From a virus, in IMG/VR virus record IMGVR_UViG_3300037245_001320, positions 90,019 to 154,018 of that record: DNA of 64,000 bases. The stretch is one strand, 5' to 3'. This document shows positions 62,770 to 64,000 of the stretch, one piece after another. The first letter of the stretch is position 1. Every line of letters starts with the position of its first letter. The position numbers and the translations under genes are program-made. The notes under the pieces are model-generated. The model saw nothing but the letters and a program-made list of their open reading frames with translations. It searched no databases and was not told the origin of the DNA.

Positions 62770-63581
62770 TTAAATACCTCAACCAAGCGTACTCCAAACT
62801 TCTCATCAACTAATACCACTTCTCCTAGCCCAATCTGTTTTCCATCCACAAATACAGGGACAGCATCTCCGACATTCCTATCTAATTCTATAATCGAACC
62901 TTCTCCGAGTTCTCCTACATCACCTATACTTATCTCTGCTTTTCCTAGACTAGCTTCTATATTTGTTTTTATAGCATCTTTATCAAATTTCATATTATTC
63001 TCCTTTAATTCATTTTTGTGTAACCATTTACTTAATTCTTTAGCTGGTATACAGATAGTAAATAACCCCTCTAGTTCTTCAGAACATATCTCAAAAGTAA
63101 ATAAGCAAATCATCTCATGCCTTTCCTCATAAAATCTATATTCTGTGGTGTAATCTTTATGTCCTGCTGTACAACCTCCTAAATTAGGGAGGTTTTTGAA
63201 TAGATTATCTTGTGGTATGTCTGCTAAGTTCTTATCTAGTTCTATAATAATATACTTTAATCTATCATTAAGAGCGCGGTATACTCTAGAAACGGAAGGT
63301 ATACTTCTTGTGAACTCCTCATAGGTTAATTGATCTATAGAGCATAAGTTACATTGGTATTTTTCTCCTAAAAGCTCTTGTATCTCCATATGTATTAAGA
63401 ATGAGTATCTCTGGAAAATGTCATTTAGTTTTGTTAAATCTTTCTTGGTTAATATATCTGGTCTTTGAAAATCATATATTTTTATATTCTTTCTTTGTGT
63501 TACTTCTTGTTCTCCTGTATCTTCTTCTGATATTACAGTTAATAATTGATCTATGTCATCTTGACTTAATACTTCTGTCAT
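62766..63581 (-). CDS. fliM: FliM-FliN chimeric flagellar switch protein
   Basis: MTEVLSQDDIDQLL (CheY-binding), IKIYDF.RPD, DQLTYEEF.RSIP; C-terminal SpoA domain GSIIELD..GEVVLVDEKFGVR. Confidence 0.88.
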   Translation of the reverse strand: MTEVLSQDDIDQLLTVISEEDTGEQEVTQRKNIKIYDFQRPDILTKKDLTKLNDIFQRYSFLIHMEIQELLGEKYQCNLCSIDQLTYEEFTRSIPSVSRVYRALNDRLKYIIIELDKNLADIPQDNLFKNLPNLGGCTAGHKDYTTEYRFYEERHEMICLFTFEICSEELEGLFTICIPAKELSKWLHKNELKENNMKFDKDAIKTNIEASLGKAEISIGDVGELGEGSIIELDRNVGDAVPVFVDGKQIGLGEVVLVDEKFGVRLVEVFK

Positions 63582-64000
63582 TGTTCTTCCTCCACTAATT
63601 TTAAACTATCTTCAAATACCTCTACAGTATCTCCCCATTCATTTCCGAAGGGATCAGTCCATTTATGACTAATCATAATACTATCTGTCTTATCTGTCAC
63701 TCTTGGACCTTTTACCTCATCTCCTGAGAAGTAATGATCTCCATTCCATTTAACTCTACCTGTATATATTTCTTTAGTTATTTCTATCATAAAGTTCCTT
63801 TACTAACCTTTCATGTAAATCATACAATTTTTCATTATGTTCTTTAACATATTTTACAACAGTTTCTTTATCTATTTTGTGTTTACTTAAAATAACTCTT
63901 TCAAAATCATCATATATCAGATCAATTTTTCCCATAACCCCTTTATACTTTCCATAGGAGTCTTTGTCGTCTCTAAACATCTTCTTTGCTTCATATCTAC

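Noticed and set aside
62766-63581. Host-chromosome contamination explaining fliM
   Set aside because: The gene is coupled by ATGA/GTGA overlaps to phage genes on both sides, has phage-like composition and has a rearranged architecture.
7607-63598. Many + strand ORFs in the track antisense to - strand genes (e.g. 8513..8890, 19446..19904, 55596..55985)
   Set aside because: Shadow ORFs with S/F/L-rich composition, no RBS, and complete overlap with motif-supported genes.
1-64000. CRISPR array, integrase, IS or reverse transcriptase/DGR
   Set aside because: No regularly spaced repeats and no recombinase, transposase or RT motifs were seen.
1-64000. Genome-wide stop-codon reassignment
   Set aside because: Core genes read through in the standard code, and TAA, TAG and TGA all end genes with normal coupling.

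Overview
This is a 64-kb, AT-rich segment of a large tailed dsDNA phage. The host is probably a spirochaete, inferred from a captured spirochaete-type FliM N-terminus. Bases 1-6870 (+) are the end of a virion/tail module followed by an unusual lysis cassette: a class-3 lipase, a circularly permuted M23 peptidase, a holin, and two almost fully overlapping membrane/coiled-coil genes. From ~7.1 kb onward everything is on the - strand. That part holds replication and recombination genes (SNF2 and Pif1/RecD helicases, split SbcC plus SbcD, RecA, gp32-like SSB, PolA with a UDG-like N-domain, DnaB) and nucleotide/cofactor genes (dUTPase, dNMP kinase, nucleotidase, CoaD/CoaE). It also holds three DNA methyltransferases, several free-standing HNH/GIY-YIG endonucleases, NADAR/macrodomain/SLOG genes, a tRNA(CAT) and many small hypothetical genes. 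The main observations are: (1) a FliM-FliN flagellar-switch chimera with an internal start site; (2) a promoter-driven ~470-nt structured RNA followed by a tRNA-like element with a 15-nt anticodon loop; (3) two sequence-unrelated endonuclease leaders with the same two-box loop-pairing RNA architecture; (4) an MTase split right after DPPYG by GGA-TGA-CT-GGA; (5) a family of fixed-spacing TACC-core elements; (6) an orphan FicA/YhfG-like antitoxin. All protein calls come from motif recognition by eye; no searches were run.
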